DNA of 64,000 nt from Candidatus Hydrogenedentota bacterium (GCA_045863295.1 BTWA01000020.1:1-64000); one strand, 5' to 3'; positions 38,860 to 49,150 are shown, counted from the stretch's first letter. The notes: generated from the letters alone by a model not told the origin. Numbers and translations: made by a program.

Positions 38860-40281
38860 GTGACGGGTACAAAGATCAAAACGAATCGCATCGGATCGGA
38901 ACCTGCAAACGATCGCATCCGGCCGGGTGGAGCGATCAGAGCACTGCTGGGCCTGGATCTGCTGGGCGCCGCCGCCAGTTCCTTCGCGGCTCTGACTATT
39001 CGATTTGCAGGCGCTCCGCCATGGCAAAATGTCGAGCCTTATGTCTACACATTTGCCGTGCTGCTCGCGGTGCGCCTCTTCGCGGCATACGCATCCGGAC
39101 TCTACGATTTCCGCCACAAACTCACCACCGTCGATCACGGTTTCGCCGCTGTCGGCGCCGCATTTTGGGGCGTCGCTACCGGTTATCTTATGCTCACTGG
39201 CATTAGTTTCTACTACCGGCCCGAATGGGAACTGTCGCGATGGGTCGCACTACTCGATTTCCTCTTGCTGGCGGCGTGGTTCGCCGCATCCCGTTCCGCC
39301 GCGCTCGCATGGCTGCGCCGCCGCGGATACGAGTTGCGCCTCGCGCTCGTGGGCGACCCCACTGCCTGCCGCGAACTTGCGCAAGAAGTACACCGCGAAG
39401 CCCCGGTTTCCATCCGGCTTGCAGGCTACTACACAACCAGCGAATCTCACCAAGACTCCGGCGCGCTCGGCTCCATGACGAATCCCGGCACCGCCGCCGA
39501 ACTCGAACTCGCCGACCAGATTATCCTCGCAGGAATTGACCCCTCCCTGACCGTCGCCCCTGTCACGCTGAGCCGCATCGACCCGCGCAAAACCGAATTC
39601 TTCCTCTTTCCCGGCCTCGACCTCTCGCTCCTAGCGGGCACCCGCATCATGCGTGTGGCCGGGCTCCCCGTTGTCCCTTTACGCTCCGCCTACCTGTACA
39701 GTGCGTACCGGCCCATCAAGCGCATCGCCGACGTGCTCGGCGCTGTGGTTCTGCTCATCGCCGCCTTGCCCGTGATGGCCGTGGCCGCCGCCGCCATCCG
39801 ATGGACCTCCCCGGGACCAGCCCTGTTCGTACAGGATCGCGTCGGGCTGAACGGCTCATCGTTCCGCATGATCAAATTGCGCACCATGATCCCCAACGCC
39901 GAGGCCAACAGCGGCGCCATTCTCTCCACCGAAGGCGACCCGCGAATTACGCCCCTCGGCCGAATTCTCAGACGATACCGGATCGACGAACTCCCCCAAC
40001 TCTGGAATGTCCTCCGGGGTGAAATGAGCTTCGTCGGACCCCGCCCCGAACGCCGGGAATTCGTCGACCAATTCGTTCAAGAAAATCCACTCTACGAATG
40101 GCGTTTCCAAGTCCGCCCCGGCCTCACAGGACTCGCCCAAATCCACGGCCGCTACGACACCGACTACAAACACAAACTCCGGTACGACCTCGTCTATATC
40201 AACACCGTCTCGTTCCCCACCGACGCCCGCATCCTGTACGCAACCATTCGAACCGTCCTCACCGGCCAAGGCGCACTGTAA
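38860..40281 (+). CDS. Large polyprenyl-phosphate sugar phosphotransferase (WcaJ/WbaP type)
   Basis: Four N-terminal TMs, Rossmann-like middle, KRIADV, QDRVG, IKLRTM, DPRITPLG, IDELPQ, MSFVGPRPE, PGLTGLAQ. Start uncertain (GTG 38860 chosen). Confidence 0.92.
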   Translation: MTGTKIKTNRIGSEPANDRIRPGGAIRALLGLDLLGAAASSFAALTIRFAGAPPWQNVEPYVYTFAVLLAVRLFAAYASGLYDFRHKLTTVDHGFAAVGAAFWGVATGYLMLTGISFYYRPEWELSRWVALLDFLLLAAWFAASRSAALAWLRRRGYELRLALVGDPTACRELAQEVHREAPVSIRLAGYYTTSESHQDSGALGSMTNPGTAAELELADQIILAGIDPSLTVAPVTLSRIDPRKTEFFLFPGLDLSLLAGTRIMRVAGLPVVPLRSAYLYSAYRPIKRIADVLGAVVLLIAALPVMAVAAAAIRWTSPGPALFVQDRVGLNGSSFRMIKLRTMIPNAEANSGAILSTEGDPRITPLGRILRRYRIDELPQLWNVLRGEMSFVGPRPERREFVDQFVQENPLYEWRFQVRPGLTGLAQIHGRYDTDYKHKLRYDLVYINTVSFPTDARILYATIRTVLTGQGAL

Positions 40282-40390
40282 TCGCAGTCAAAAACAACAT
40301 ATCTATCCCCATCCCTTTCGTCCCTTAGGCCCCTTCTACCCATCGCGAACCCGTACCTCCTTGTATCGTCACTTTTATTGCAGGGGTGCG

Positions 40391-41593
40391 TCAGGCGGGC
40401 GCGTTCGGAGTTCCATGCAATGCCTCGTGGTACACGTTGAGGTATTGCTGCGCGATGGCGTCCCAATTGTATTCCCGGAGCACGTGGTTGCGGGCGCTTT
40501 CGCCTAGTCGTGCCGTCTCTACGGGATTCTCAATAAGCTTCGTAAGTTGCGCCGCCAAATCGGCCAAATCGGCCTTTTTGAACGTAACTCCATGCGGAGC
40601 CGGATTGCCTTCGGGATCGCCGTCCGGATACCCCAGACGAGGCGGGTCAATCACCTCGACCACTTCGGGAATGTCGCTGGTCAGACAACAACGCCCATTG
40701 CCCATGGCTTCCAGCAACACAATAGGGAGACCCTCCAAATCCGACGGCAGGCAAAACAGATAAGCATTGCTGAAGGCCTCTTCCTTGTCCGCACCGTAGA
40801 GCGCGCCTGTGAACACGATGCGGTCGTCACCCTCGGCCAGCGTGCGCACGGTCGTGTAAAACTCGCCAGCGTGGCGGGCGTCGCCCACGATCGCAAGTTT
40901 CATGTCGGTGTCCACCGCGCGAAAGGCCGGCACCAGGTATTGCGCCCCCTTCTCCGGCACGATGCGGCCAAGGTAGAGAATGTACTTGCCGGGCTCAAGG
41001 CCGTGTTTCGAAAGAGACTGCAACGGACGATGCGGTATGGCGGGAACGCCATTGGGAATATAGACCACATCTTTCCCATACGCCTCGGGATAGTGACGCT
41101 CCAAAAAGCGCGACACCACCGTGGTACGGTTCGGAAAGTGCAACGCACACCATTCGCCGATACGCAGCACAGTCTTCGCAACCGTGCCCCACTTGTCCCT
41201 GCGATAGTCGAGACCGTGAAGCGTGCAGACTGTCTTTCGGCCAAAAAGACGCGGAATCCATGAAAGAACCGCCGGACCCATGGAGTGAAATTGAATGACC
41301 TCGCATTGCCAGATGGCCACGATCATGGAAAGAAACGAATGCGTAATCGCTTCCAAATGCTTGGTGTAGATGGCGGGCAGGCTCACCAGTTTGACGCCAT
41401 GGTATTCCTTCAGTCCATCGGTGTTGTATTTCTTGCGCACATACACCGTGACGTCGTGACCCGCCGCGGCCTGGCGCGTGGTGACTTCCTCGATGAGCTT
41501 TTCCACGCCGCCCGCCGTGCCGCTGGAGGCCCCCCCAATGGTGATGAGACCAACTACGCCAATGCGCATGGGTTTGTGTGCCACGTCAACCAT
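40391..41593 (-). CDS. Glycosyltransferase family 4
   Basis: GGVEK, HGLDYRRDKW, YIPNGV, LGRIVPEKG, EGLPIVLLEAM. Confidence 0.92.
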   Translation of the reverse strand: MVDVAHKPMRIGVVGLITIGGASSGTAGGVEKLIEEVTTRQAAAGHDVTVYVRKKYNTDGLKEYHGVKLVSLPAIYTKHLEAITHSFLSMIVAIWQCEVIQFHSMGPAVLSWIPRLFGRKTVCTLHGLDYRRDKWGTVAKTVLRIGEWCALHFPNRTTVVSRFLERHYPEAYGKDVVYIPNGVPAIPHRPLQSLSKHGLEPGKYILYLGRIVPEKGAQYLVPAFRAVDTDMKLAIVGDARHAGEFYTTVRTLAEGDDRIVFTGALYGADKEEAFSNAYLFCLPSDLEGLPIVLLEAMGNGRCCLTSDIPEVVEVIDPPRLGYPDGDPEGNPAPHGVTFKKADLADLAAQLTKLIENPVETARLGESARNHVLREYNWDAIAQQYLNVYHEALHGTPNAPA

Positions 41594-41596
41594 CGG

Positions 41597-42856
41597 CTAC
41601 ACCGACGCCGCGGCGGGGGTCCGGCCAAGTACACGGTTGTAGACCTTCATCACCTGCTCGTATTGATGGGGCGCGTCGTATTCCTCCTCGGCGCGCTTGC
41701 GGGCATTCCGGCCCAGAGTGCGCAGGCGATCACGATCGGCCACGGCAAGGCCTATGGCCCGCGCGAGATCCGGGGCATCGCCCGCGGTGAATTGAAAACC
41801 GGTTTGCCCGTCGAACACCATCTCGCCCAGCCCGCCGATGCGCGCGCCGATGACCGGCTTGCCGTAGGCATACGCCTCAATCAACGCAAGCGGACAGTTC
41901 TCATACCATTCCGACGGAATCAACACCGCCATCGAATTGCGAATCGCGGCACGTAGCGTGTCTCCAGAGAGGTGGCCGGTCAATTCAAGATTCGTCATGC
42001 CGCTTTCCTTCACGAGACCCTTGATTGCGTCTTCATAGGGGCCGCGGCCTGTAATCTTGAGTTTCACATTCGGGAACTGCTTCATGGCTTCGATGAGTGT
42101 GGGCACGCCTTTCTCCGAAGAGAGGCGGCCAAGATAAAGCAGGTAATCGCCAGGCTCGTATTGCGGCTCGTATTGATCCACATGGATGAAGTTCGGCACA
42201 TACGTGACTTTCTCGCGCGGTATGCCAAACTCGATTATCTTGTTGGCCGTGAAGCGCGCCGGCGCCACAAACAAATCATAGAGTTCGTTGTAGCGCTTCC
42301 AATGGTGCACATACATCTCCACCGTATTCACCACGCTGCCCAGCAGCGATCCCTTGTTGCAACGATGAATCGCGCATTGGATGTAGTGGTGCCCCTTGCA
42401 CCGCTCGCACACACCGTCATGGGTGAGCATCTTGTAGTTGGGGCAGACGATCTTGAAATCCTGAACCATCATCACAATAGGAATGCCGCGCTTCTTGATC
42501 TCCGGAAGAATGCTCGGTGTGATCTGGTGATGGTAGTTGTGCAAATGAACAACGTCATACGGCTCGTCATCCAGCAATCGCGCAATCTTGCGCCTCGCCT
42601 CGCCGTTATAAACCGTTTTCGCGGCAATCTTCAGCTTTCCCTGGAGGCCGCCCGGGTTCTCGTAGTTCACATGCTCGATGAAATATCCCGACTGCTCGCA
42701 CGGAATGTTTTCGGGATGCGCCATCGAAAAAAAATGGACCGTATGTCCATGATCGCGCAGCAACTCCGACAACCCGAGGTAATACAACTCCGCGCCGCCA
42801 TTGAGAAAATGAAACTTGTTGATTTGCAGAATGCGCAACGGCGCAGCCGGTTCCAA
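41597..42856 (-). CDS. Glycosyltransferase family 4
   Basis: GGAELY, HLHN, CPNY...CERC...CAIHRC Cys insert, GRLSSEKG, ENCPLALIEA. Confidence 0.92.
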   Translation of the reverse strand: MEPAAPLRILQINKFHFLNGGAELYYLGLSELLRDHGHTVHFFSMAHPENIPCEQSGYFIEHVNYENPGGLQGKLKIAAKTVYNGEARRKIARLLDDEPYDVVHLHNYHHQITPSILPEIKKRGIPIVMMVQDFKIVCPNYKMLTHDGVCERCKGHHYIQCAIHRCNKGSLLGSVVNTVEMYVHHWKRYNELYDLFVAPARFTANKIIEFGIPREKVTYVPNFIHVDQYEPQYEPGDYLLYLGRLSSEKGVPTLIEAMKQFPNVKLKITGRGPYEDAIKGLVKESGMTNLELTGHLSGDTLRAAIRNSMAVLIPSEWYENCPLALIEAYAYGKPVIGARIGGLGEMVFDGQTGFQFTAGDAPDLARAIGLAVADRDRLRTLGRNARKRAEEEYDAPHQYEQVMKVYNRVLGRTPAAASV

Positions 42857-42968
42857 AGAAAAATCTCCCGTACCCCGAAAGAATCACACAGCCCGGGCCA
42901 AAGTGTAGCAATCCCCCGCGGGAAGCATCAAACCATCCGGACCGCCGCGCCCCACCGGAAAACCCGGC

Positions 42969-43907
42969 TCAGCCCTTCTTCCGCGGCCGGCCCCGAATGA
43001 TCGACCCGTAACCTGCCGCCATTCCGGTGATCCAGGAAGTGTTGCGCTGGCGAATCGCCTGATTCAGACGCTGAAGGCTGAAGCCCAACTCGCTCCACCA
43101 GAACCACGCCCAATGATACGGAGTCTTCGGCAGATGCTTCTTGAACACATAGTAGTGATTGTAGATCTGCATCGCCGCAAGCTCTTTGTGATCGGTGCGC
43201 GCGGAAGGCGTCTCCACGTGCAACATGCCCGCCTTGGGGTTGCAGAGAATGCGTCCCAGTTTGCCGGCACGATACGAAAACTCCAAATCCTCCAGAAATC
43301 CATACCCATAAAAATGCTCGTCAAAAGTAATGCGATCGAAAATTGACCGCCGGTAAGCGCAGCAACCGCACCCCACTTCCAACTCGTGCACGTCCGTATA
43401 GCCGCTGTACCACGTGTACGAACCAAAACCCGACGGCAGCATGCGGCCTGTGCCATTGATGTGGGGCATCCCGAAAAAACGGAAAAGCGCCATGCGCGCC
43501 GGCGAAACCTGCTTGGGCAATCGGAGAATCGGACTCACGGCCACCACATCTTCGTTCCCGGACAACCGAAACACGCGTTGTATCTCCGCAATATAGTCAG
43601 GATCGAGGATAACGTCGTCGTCGAGAAAGTGAAGTATGTCGCAGGTCGCGGCGCGAATCCCCACGTTGCGCTGCAGCGTCAGCCCGGGCTCGGACCGGAG
43701 GTAATTCACCCGGACCGCAGGATTGCCCACGGCATACTGTCTGACAATCGCATCGGTGTTGTCGGAACCCGAATCAACGACCACGACTTCGTCCGGCGAC
43801 TCGGTCTGCGCGGCCAAACTTGCAAGGCACTTCTGCGTGTCGTGAACGCGATCCTTCGTGCAAATGACAATACTGCAGCGGATTGGATTGTCTTTATGGA
43901 AATTCAT
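42969..43907 (-). CDS. Glycosyltransferase family 2
   Basis: SIVICTKDR, VVVDSG, QRNVG, FLDDDV, EDLEFSYR. Start placed at ATG 43907. Confidence 0.9.
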   Translation of the reverse strand: MNFHKDNPIRCSIVICTKDRVHDTQKCLASLAAQTESPDEVVVVDSGSDNTDAIVRQYAVGNPAVRVNYLRSEPGLTLQRNVGIRAATCDILHFLDDDVILDPDYIAEIQRVFRLSGNEDVVAVSPILRLPKQVSPARMALFRFFGMPHINGTGRMLPSGFGSYTWYSGYTDVHELEVGCGCCAYRRSIFDRITFDEHFYGYGFLEDLEFSYRAGKLGRILCNPKAGMLHVETPSARTDHKELAAMQIYNHYYVFKKHLPKTPYHWAWFWWSELGFSLQRLNQAIRQRNTSWITGMAAGYGSIIRGRPRKKG

Positions 43908-44131
43908 GACTCGGTTCACGCAAATTCGTAGTGGTGCTGCCGAACACAAACGCGATTCGACCGCCTGCCAATTGGGCCATGGCCGCACGCGCACCACGCT
44001 TGCAAGTTCACCTGGTATGCTCCATGGAATAGGGTGATGGTCTTCAGCACGGCTCCGCAGCCGTTGAGCAACGATCAGACTCCCGAGTGTACCACGGCGG
44101 AACAGATTCAAACCATGGCCGAATCAAAAGA

Positions 44132-44704
44132 TCACTCCAAGGTGTTTTCCAGAATCAGGCGTACCGCCTCCGCCAAATCCGGCGCCACCGGACAATCCAG
44201 ATGAGGAAGCGGTACTCCAGCCCGATAGCGTTCCGCATCCAATCCACTCAAGACAAAGATCGGCTTGCAGCCCGCATTGCCCGCCGTGATCAGATCGGAA
44301 TAGGAATCGCCCACAAAATAGGTCTGGACTATTTCGAATCCATACTGATCCCTCGCCTGGTGAATCAGCCCAGGCTTCGGCTTGCGGCACAAACACGCAT
44401 CCTGTGCAAGGTGAGGACAACAGTAAAAGGCCTCGATCCGGCCACCCGATTCCAATGCGACCTTTTCGCGGATATGATCGTGGATTTCTTGCAGGATCTC
44501 AGGGGCCAGCATCCCCTTCCCGACACATTGCTGATTGGTGACGACCAACACGGAGTATCCGGCAGCGTTTAGATCCGCAATTGCCCGAGCGGCCCCAGGA
44601 AGGATTTCAACCGCGCTTGTCTCGAGAACGTACCCGTCCCGCACGGCCCGATTGATGACGCCATCCCGATCCAGGAGAACACATCGATTCACGTTGGTAC
44701 CCAC
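44132..44704 (-). CDS. gmhB: D-glycero-D-manno-heptose 1,7-bisphosphate phosphatase (HAD IIIA)
   Basis: LDRDGVIN, VTNQ, CPH...CLCRKPKPG, VGDSYSD. Confidence 0.92.
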   Translation of the reverse strand: MGTNVNRCVLLDRDGVINRAVRDGYVLETSAVEILPGAARAIADLNAAGYSVLVVTNQQCVGKGMLAPEILQEIHDHIREKVALESGGRIEAFYCCPHLAQDACLCRKPKPGLIHQARDQYGFEIVQTYFVGDSYSDLITAGNAGCKPIFVLSGLDAERYRAGVPLPHLDCPVAPDLAEAVRLILENTLE

Positions 44705-44804
44705 ACCCTTTCGAACAGTAACAAGCCCACGCTTTGACCGGCGGCTCGCTTCCTGTGTAGTCTACCGCTTTCCACAATTTCGGGGACTATTGCGGGAACA
44801 CCGG

Positions 44805-45893
44805 ATGCCCATGCATTTCTGTTTGACCATAGTGTCTGCCATCGCATTACTGCAAGTCGAATCGGGCCAAACTCCCGCATCCACCCAAGCCGCGATCGAT
44901 CCGGCCATCCTCGAAAAGGCAAAGGCCATCGTCGCCGAATACACGCCGCAAAAAATGGTGTGGGTGGAAGGTTTCAAAAACGGCCTGCGGGTATCCGGCA
45001 TCACCCTGCCGGAAGAGTCTGACGGCGCGCCCCAGGGCGGAATGACCGTGCGGGTGTCGCTGCCGCCATGGTTTGAATCCGATCGGCTGCTCGGCACGGT
45101 CACCCTGAACAAACCGCTTACAATCCGCCTGCTCTGGTCCATCGATCCCACGCCGCAACCCAGCCCGCGTAACGGGGCCTATGCCGTGCGCCTCGCACAA
45201 CACGACGGATATGCGCGTCTATTGCAACCAAACCCGGTCAATGTGGACACCGCCGGCCTGAACTACGGCGACGTTTTCTGGACCGATCACACGTTGCCTC
45301 CAATGAACGTCAGTCCGGCCGGTCTGTACAACGTGATCGTAAGTAACAACACATCCCCTACTCAAAACATCCCCCTGGGTCAGGTCCTCGTGCCGCCTGT
45401 GCCGGAACCGCAACCCGAAGTCGTGGAAAAACTGAAAACCCTGTATCCCCAAGGTGAAGTCCTCTCATCCGATCACGTGGTGCTGAGCCGATGGTTCGGC
45501 ATTGCAGTGCCGAATCCAAAACCCGGGTTTCAAGCCCGAAGCATCGTCATTATTTCCAGCGCGGATTGGATCGAGGAACTGCCCAATGAAACCGTGATCG
45601 CCGAAGTAACGGTGAAAGACTCGGCCGGAAAATCGTTGAAACGCAATCTGCGGTTGGGCAAGGAAACAGCGTCAACGTGGTACAACTACCACGTGCGCGG
45701 AAATCTGCAGCACGAAATGGCCCCCGTCGCCTGGTCGTGGGAACAAAACGTCGAAACCGTCAACTTCGAAGCCAACGTATACACCGGCCAATTTGAATTG
45801 GAAGAAGGCTTCGGGCCGCTGCAATCCGTGGAAGTAACCTATGCGGCGGAATCAGGACTGCTCCGGATTCGCGGCATGGCCATGTTGCCTTAG
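44805..45893 (+). CDS. Secreted hypothetical protein with beta-sandwich domains
   Basis: Signal-like N-terminus; LTIRLLW...GDVFWTDHTLP...PAGLYNVIV Ig-like pattern; good codon bias. Confidence 0.65.
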   Translation: MPMHFCLTIVSAIALLQVESGQTPASTQAAIDPAILEKAKAIVAEYTPQKMVWVEGFKNGLRVSGITLPEESDGAPQGGMTVRVSLPPWFESDRLLGTVTLNKPLTIRLLWSIDPTPQPSPRNGAYAVRLAQHDGYARLLQPNPVNVDTAGLNYGDVFWTDHTLPPMNVSPAGLYNVIVSNNTSPTQNIPLGQVLVPPVPEPQPEVVEKLKTLYPQGEVLSSDHVVLSRWFGIAVPNPKPGFQARSIVIISSADWIEELPNETVIAEVTVKDSAGKSLKRNLRLGKETASTWYNYHVRGNLQHEMAPVAWSWEQNVETVNFEANVYTGQFELEEGFGPLQSVEVTYAAESGLLRIRGMAMLP

Positions 45894-46675
45894 CTCTCGT
45901 TCGCCAATCGCCCCAACGCTTTCGCCGCACCCAGATGAGACCGGCTCTGCTGTAACGCGTTCGCATACCAGTCCCTGGCCGAGTCCGGCCGCCCTTCGAG
46001 TTCGGCTATCACGCCCAGCCAAAACGCGGAGTCGCTCCGGCTGTGCTCGGCCCAGTCCCGTTGGAACAAATCTTTGGCCCTTGTGCGGTCGCGCTCGTAC
46101 AACAGCGCATACCGGGCCGACGCAAATGGATTCGACGCTGTGGCCGCGGCCCGGGCCTGCACCCGCAATTCCTCGGGCAATGCTCGAGGGTCAGCTTCGG
46201 CTACCGCGGTACTCGCGTCCGACAATACCTCCACGGGGTTGTTCGCAAACGCATCAGGGAGTCGCGACTGACTGACTGCGCCGCCAAACCGCAGCTCCAT
46301 TTCCGAAGCAAGCGAATCGGCGGCGGCCGAGTCGGCAACCGCAATGAAATGGCTGAACCGTGGCAGGATGACCCAATCGTCCGAAAACTGCCATGCCAAT
46401 TCCGGCAATAACGCGGGGCGTGCCCGCACAACATCAATCAACAGGGTTTCGGCATTGCCGACTTTGCCCCGCTCAATATCCTCCTTGCTGATGCGAATCG
46501 TCTCGTCCAGAACGAACCGGTCCATCCGCTTGCTTAGAATGCGGTGCGCGACACTAATCATAAACGCCGAAATGATAAGTATAAGCACCAGAAGAAGCGC
46601 GGTCGCCACCAACGGACGAATCGGCTTCGGCGCGGTTGGACGGTATTTCGCGCTCTCGTCCACGGCAACCGGCAT
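45890..46675 (-). CDS. Membrane-anchored TPR protein (paralog of 33945-34760)
   Basis: Coupled to the hddA stop (GTGATG); TM; SAFWLGVIAELEGRPDSARDWYANAL TPR. Confidence 0.7.
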   Translation of the reverse strand: MPVAVDESAKYRPTAPKPIRPLVATALLLVLILIISAFMISVAHRILSKRMDRFVLDETIRISKEDIERGKVGNAETLLIDVVRARPALLPELAWQFSDDWVILPRFSHFIAVADSAAADSLASEMELRFGGAVSQSRLPDAFANNPVEVLSDASTAVAEADPRALPEELRVQARAAATASNPFASARYALLYERDRTRAKDLFQRDWAEHSRSDSAFWLGVIAELEGRPDSARDWYANALQQSRSHLGAAKALGRLANES

Positions 46676-47736
46676 CACGCCAGCTCCACCAGGTGCCAAC
46701 GCGCCTCCAGATCGGAATCGGTACGAAAAAAGGGCTCGTCATACACCACGGAAGCTCCGTCGTGATCGAAGGTGAACAACATTTCCTTTGCGCCCGCGGC
46801 CCGCATCGCCCTTGAAACCTCTTCGCGCGCGGCGCCTTCGCAATAGAGCATCAGGAAGCCGCCGCCGCCCGCGCCCGCGATCTTGCCGCCCACCGCCCCA
46901 TTGGCAAGCGCGAGACTGTAAAGCTCGTCGATATGAGGGTTGCTGATCCCCGCCGCCACGCGCTTCTTGCTCTCCCATGCCTTGTGCAGCAGTTCGCCAA
47001 ACTTCCGGAGTTGCCCGGACTGCAACACCTGAATGCCTTCGCCCACCATGTCTTTGATCTCGGACAATGCGGACACTGTGTCTTTCTTTTTGTCTTCGCA
47101 AGCTTCCTTCTGGCGGCTGAGAATGCTGGAGGATTCGCGGGAACTACCGGTGAAGAACAAAAGAATGTTAGATTCCAGCTCCCGCATCAACACCGGATCA
47201 AGATCGATGGGATGCACTGTCACCCCGTCCGCGCGAAACTCGATGTGCTTGAGTCCGCCGAACGCCGATCCGTATTCATCCTGTTTCCCGCCGGGATGTC
47301 CGAGCATCACGCTGTTGATATGGTACGCCGCTTCCGCAAGCGCGTATCGATCGAAATGGCGTTGTTGAAACACGCTCAGCGCCTTGACCATGCACACGCT
47401 CACCGCGCCGGAGGATCCCAGTCCCGTGCCCGGCGGAATCTCGGAAGCAAGAAAAATACTGGCCCCGCGATCCATGCCCACATACTTGATGGCGGAAATG
47501 GGTATCTGTAAATCGCCTTCCACGGCTTCGGGCCGGAGATCGTCGAGCGTCTGCATCACACGCAGATCGGCCGAAATCAATTGCACGCGTCGCTCAGGCA
47601 GTTCGCTGATGAGTGCGTAAAAGTATTTGTTGATGGAAGCGCTGATGACGGCGCCACCATGCTTGGAGTAATAACTCGGGAGGTCCGTACCGCCGCCGAA
47701 AAAACTGATGCGCACCGGTGCGCGAACAATGAGCAT
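46675..47736 (-). CDS. hddA: D-glycero-alpha-D-manno-heptose 7-phosphate kinase (GHMP)
   Basis: RAPVRISFFGGGTD, IPPGTGLGSS, GKQDEY, GGKIAGAGGGGF. Start placed at ATG 47736. Confidence 0.88.
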   Translation of the reverse strand: MLIVRAPVRISFFGGGTDLPSYYSKHGGAVISASINKYFYALISELPERRVQLISADLRVMQTLDDLRPEAVEGDLQIPISAIKYVGMDRGASIFLASEIPPGTGLGSSGAVSVCMVKALSVFQQRHFDRYALAEAAYHINSVMLGHPGGKQDEYGSAFGGLKHIEFRADGVTVHPIDLDPVLMRELESNILLFFTGSSRESSSILSRQKEACEDKKKDTVSALSEIKDMVGEGIQVLQSGQLRKFGELLHKAWESKKRVAAGISNPHIDELYSLALANGAVGGKIAGAGGGGFLMLYCEGAAREEVSRAMRAAGAKEMLFTFDHDGASVVYDEPFFRTDSDLEARWHLVELA

Positions 47737-47740
47737 TCCG

Positions 47741-49150
47741 CTACCCCCGAACGACCGACGCGCCCGCTCGCACGACGCCCGAAACAAGCACATTGAAATC
47801 AAAAGCCAGCGACTGATTGTCCAGGTAGGCAACATCCCACGCCAATTGATCCGACGACGCCACAAGCTGGCCGTCCGCCGCCGCGTTGAATCCGACCATG
47901 CCCGGACGCACGGCCAGGATCCGGCGTTCCCACGAATTATAGTGCAAGGCCCGCTCCAAGTCGCTTGGCCGGGGACCAACAAGACTCATGTCGCCCTTGA
48001 GTACGTTCATGACTTGAGGGAATGCATTCCACATCGCCCGCTCGCCTGTGGCGCCCGCCCCGGTGTCCGGGTGAAATAACAACAAATCGAACGGCCGGCC
48101 CTTGAGTCCCGCAACGCGCATTCGTTGCAGTACCGGCACGTGTTTGCGCGCGGCCCGCAACGAACGCCACCCATACACCACGCCGAATAAGGGAAGCAGG
48201 CTCAACGCGCCCACAAGATCCGCCGTGCGCTTCACGGCCGCGCTCATCACCGGCACTTTCAACGGCCGCAGATGGACCAACGGAATAATGCCCAACCGAT
48301 CCACTTGCAGCTTCGACGAGTACACTTCGAAAAACTCCGGCACGAGCCGGACTTCGATGCCCTGGGCCGTACAATCGGCAATGAGATTCAACAATTCATC
48401 ACTCTTGCGCGCCGAAGTGGCGATAATGATCAAATCGGGATTCAGATCCAACAGGCGCCGCGACACTTGCGACGCCGAACCGCTGCGCACGCCGTGTGCC
48501 GAGACATTCTCAAGCACAGGATTGTCGCCGCCACGATACATGAGCCCCGTCACACGGTAGCCGAGTTGAGGATTGAGGCGTATGGTTTGAAGCAGGCGAT
48601 TCGCGTTTTGTGTGCTGCCCACTAGAACAACCTTTTTCACCCCGATGCCAAAACACAACATGGCCAGCACGACGATGCGCGCACCCAACTTTGTGGCAAA
48701 GGCCATTGTGGTGGCTATGAGCCAGTAGTAGGCGAGAAACGCACGAGAACCGAACACACTCGCCTGACCGTACCCGGCCACGGAAAGCAACAGGGTCGCG
48801 ACAGACGTCGTAAGTACAATTCGGATCACGAGATCCAGCGGCAGCCACGTTCGGTGCAATTGGTATATGCCCGCTTGCCGCAACATAAGCACATACGCCA
48901 CCGACACCAGAGACAAGGCAAGTTGTGTACCGGGTCGGGAAAGTACGTCGAGAAGCGAGTCAGCGAAGGGCACGGACCCGTACCGCAGCGAATAGGCAAT
49001 GGCAAACGCCAAGACCGGTGTAAGCAAATCCGCCGCGACCAGTCCCAACAAGAACAAAGGCCTGCGGAGACGCCGCCAATACAGGATGGATCGGTCCCGT
49101 ACTTTGACGACGTTCAGGGCAACCCCTTGGTAATTCGCCATTTCCGCCAT
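47741..49150 (-). CDS. WcaJ-like sugar transferase homolog lacking catalytic motifs
   Basis: Same architecture as 38860-40281 (TMs, LGYRVTG, KRTADLV, GDMSLVGPRP, RPGMVG) but KxRxM is absent and DELPQ reads NAFPQ. Confidence 0.82.
   Translation of the reverse strand: MAEMANYQGVALNVVKVRDRSILYWRRLRRPLFLLGLVAADLLTPVLAFAIAYSLRYGSVPFADSLLDVLSRPGTQLALSLVSVAYVLMLRQAGIYQLHRTWLPLDLVIRIVLTTSVATLLLSVAGYGQASVFGSRAFLAYYWLIATTMAFATKLGARIVVLAMLCFGIGVKKVVLVGSTQNANRLLQTIRLNPQLGYRVTGLMYRGGDNPVLENVSAHGVRSGSASQVSRRLLDLNPDLIIIATSARKSDELLNLIADCTAQGIEVRLVPEFFEVYSSKLQVDRLGIIPLVHLRPLKVPVMSAAVKRTADLVGALSLLPLFGVVYGWRSLRAARKHVPVLQRMRVAGLKGRPFDLLLFHPDTGAGATGERAMWNAFPQVMNVLKGDMSLVGPRPSDLERALHYNSWERRILAVRPGMVGFNAAADGQLVASSDQLAWDVAYLDNQSLAFDFNVLVSGVVRAGASVVRG

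Noticed and set aside
42727..42734. A8 tract inside a GT4 gene as a phase-variation site
   Set aside because: Short, in frame, and explained by His-Phe-Phe-Ser codons.
43908..44111. Upstream extensions in the ORF track (e.g. starts 44111, 47982, 51748, 44535, 20996, 53313)
   Set aside because: They overlap neighbouring genes or precede the family N-terminus; downstream starts with RBS or coupling were preferred.
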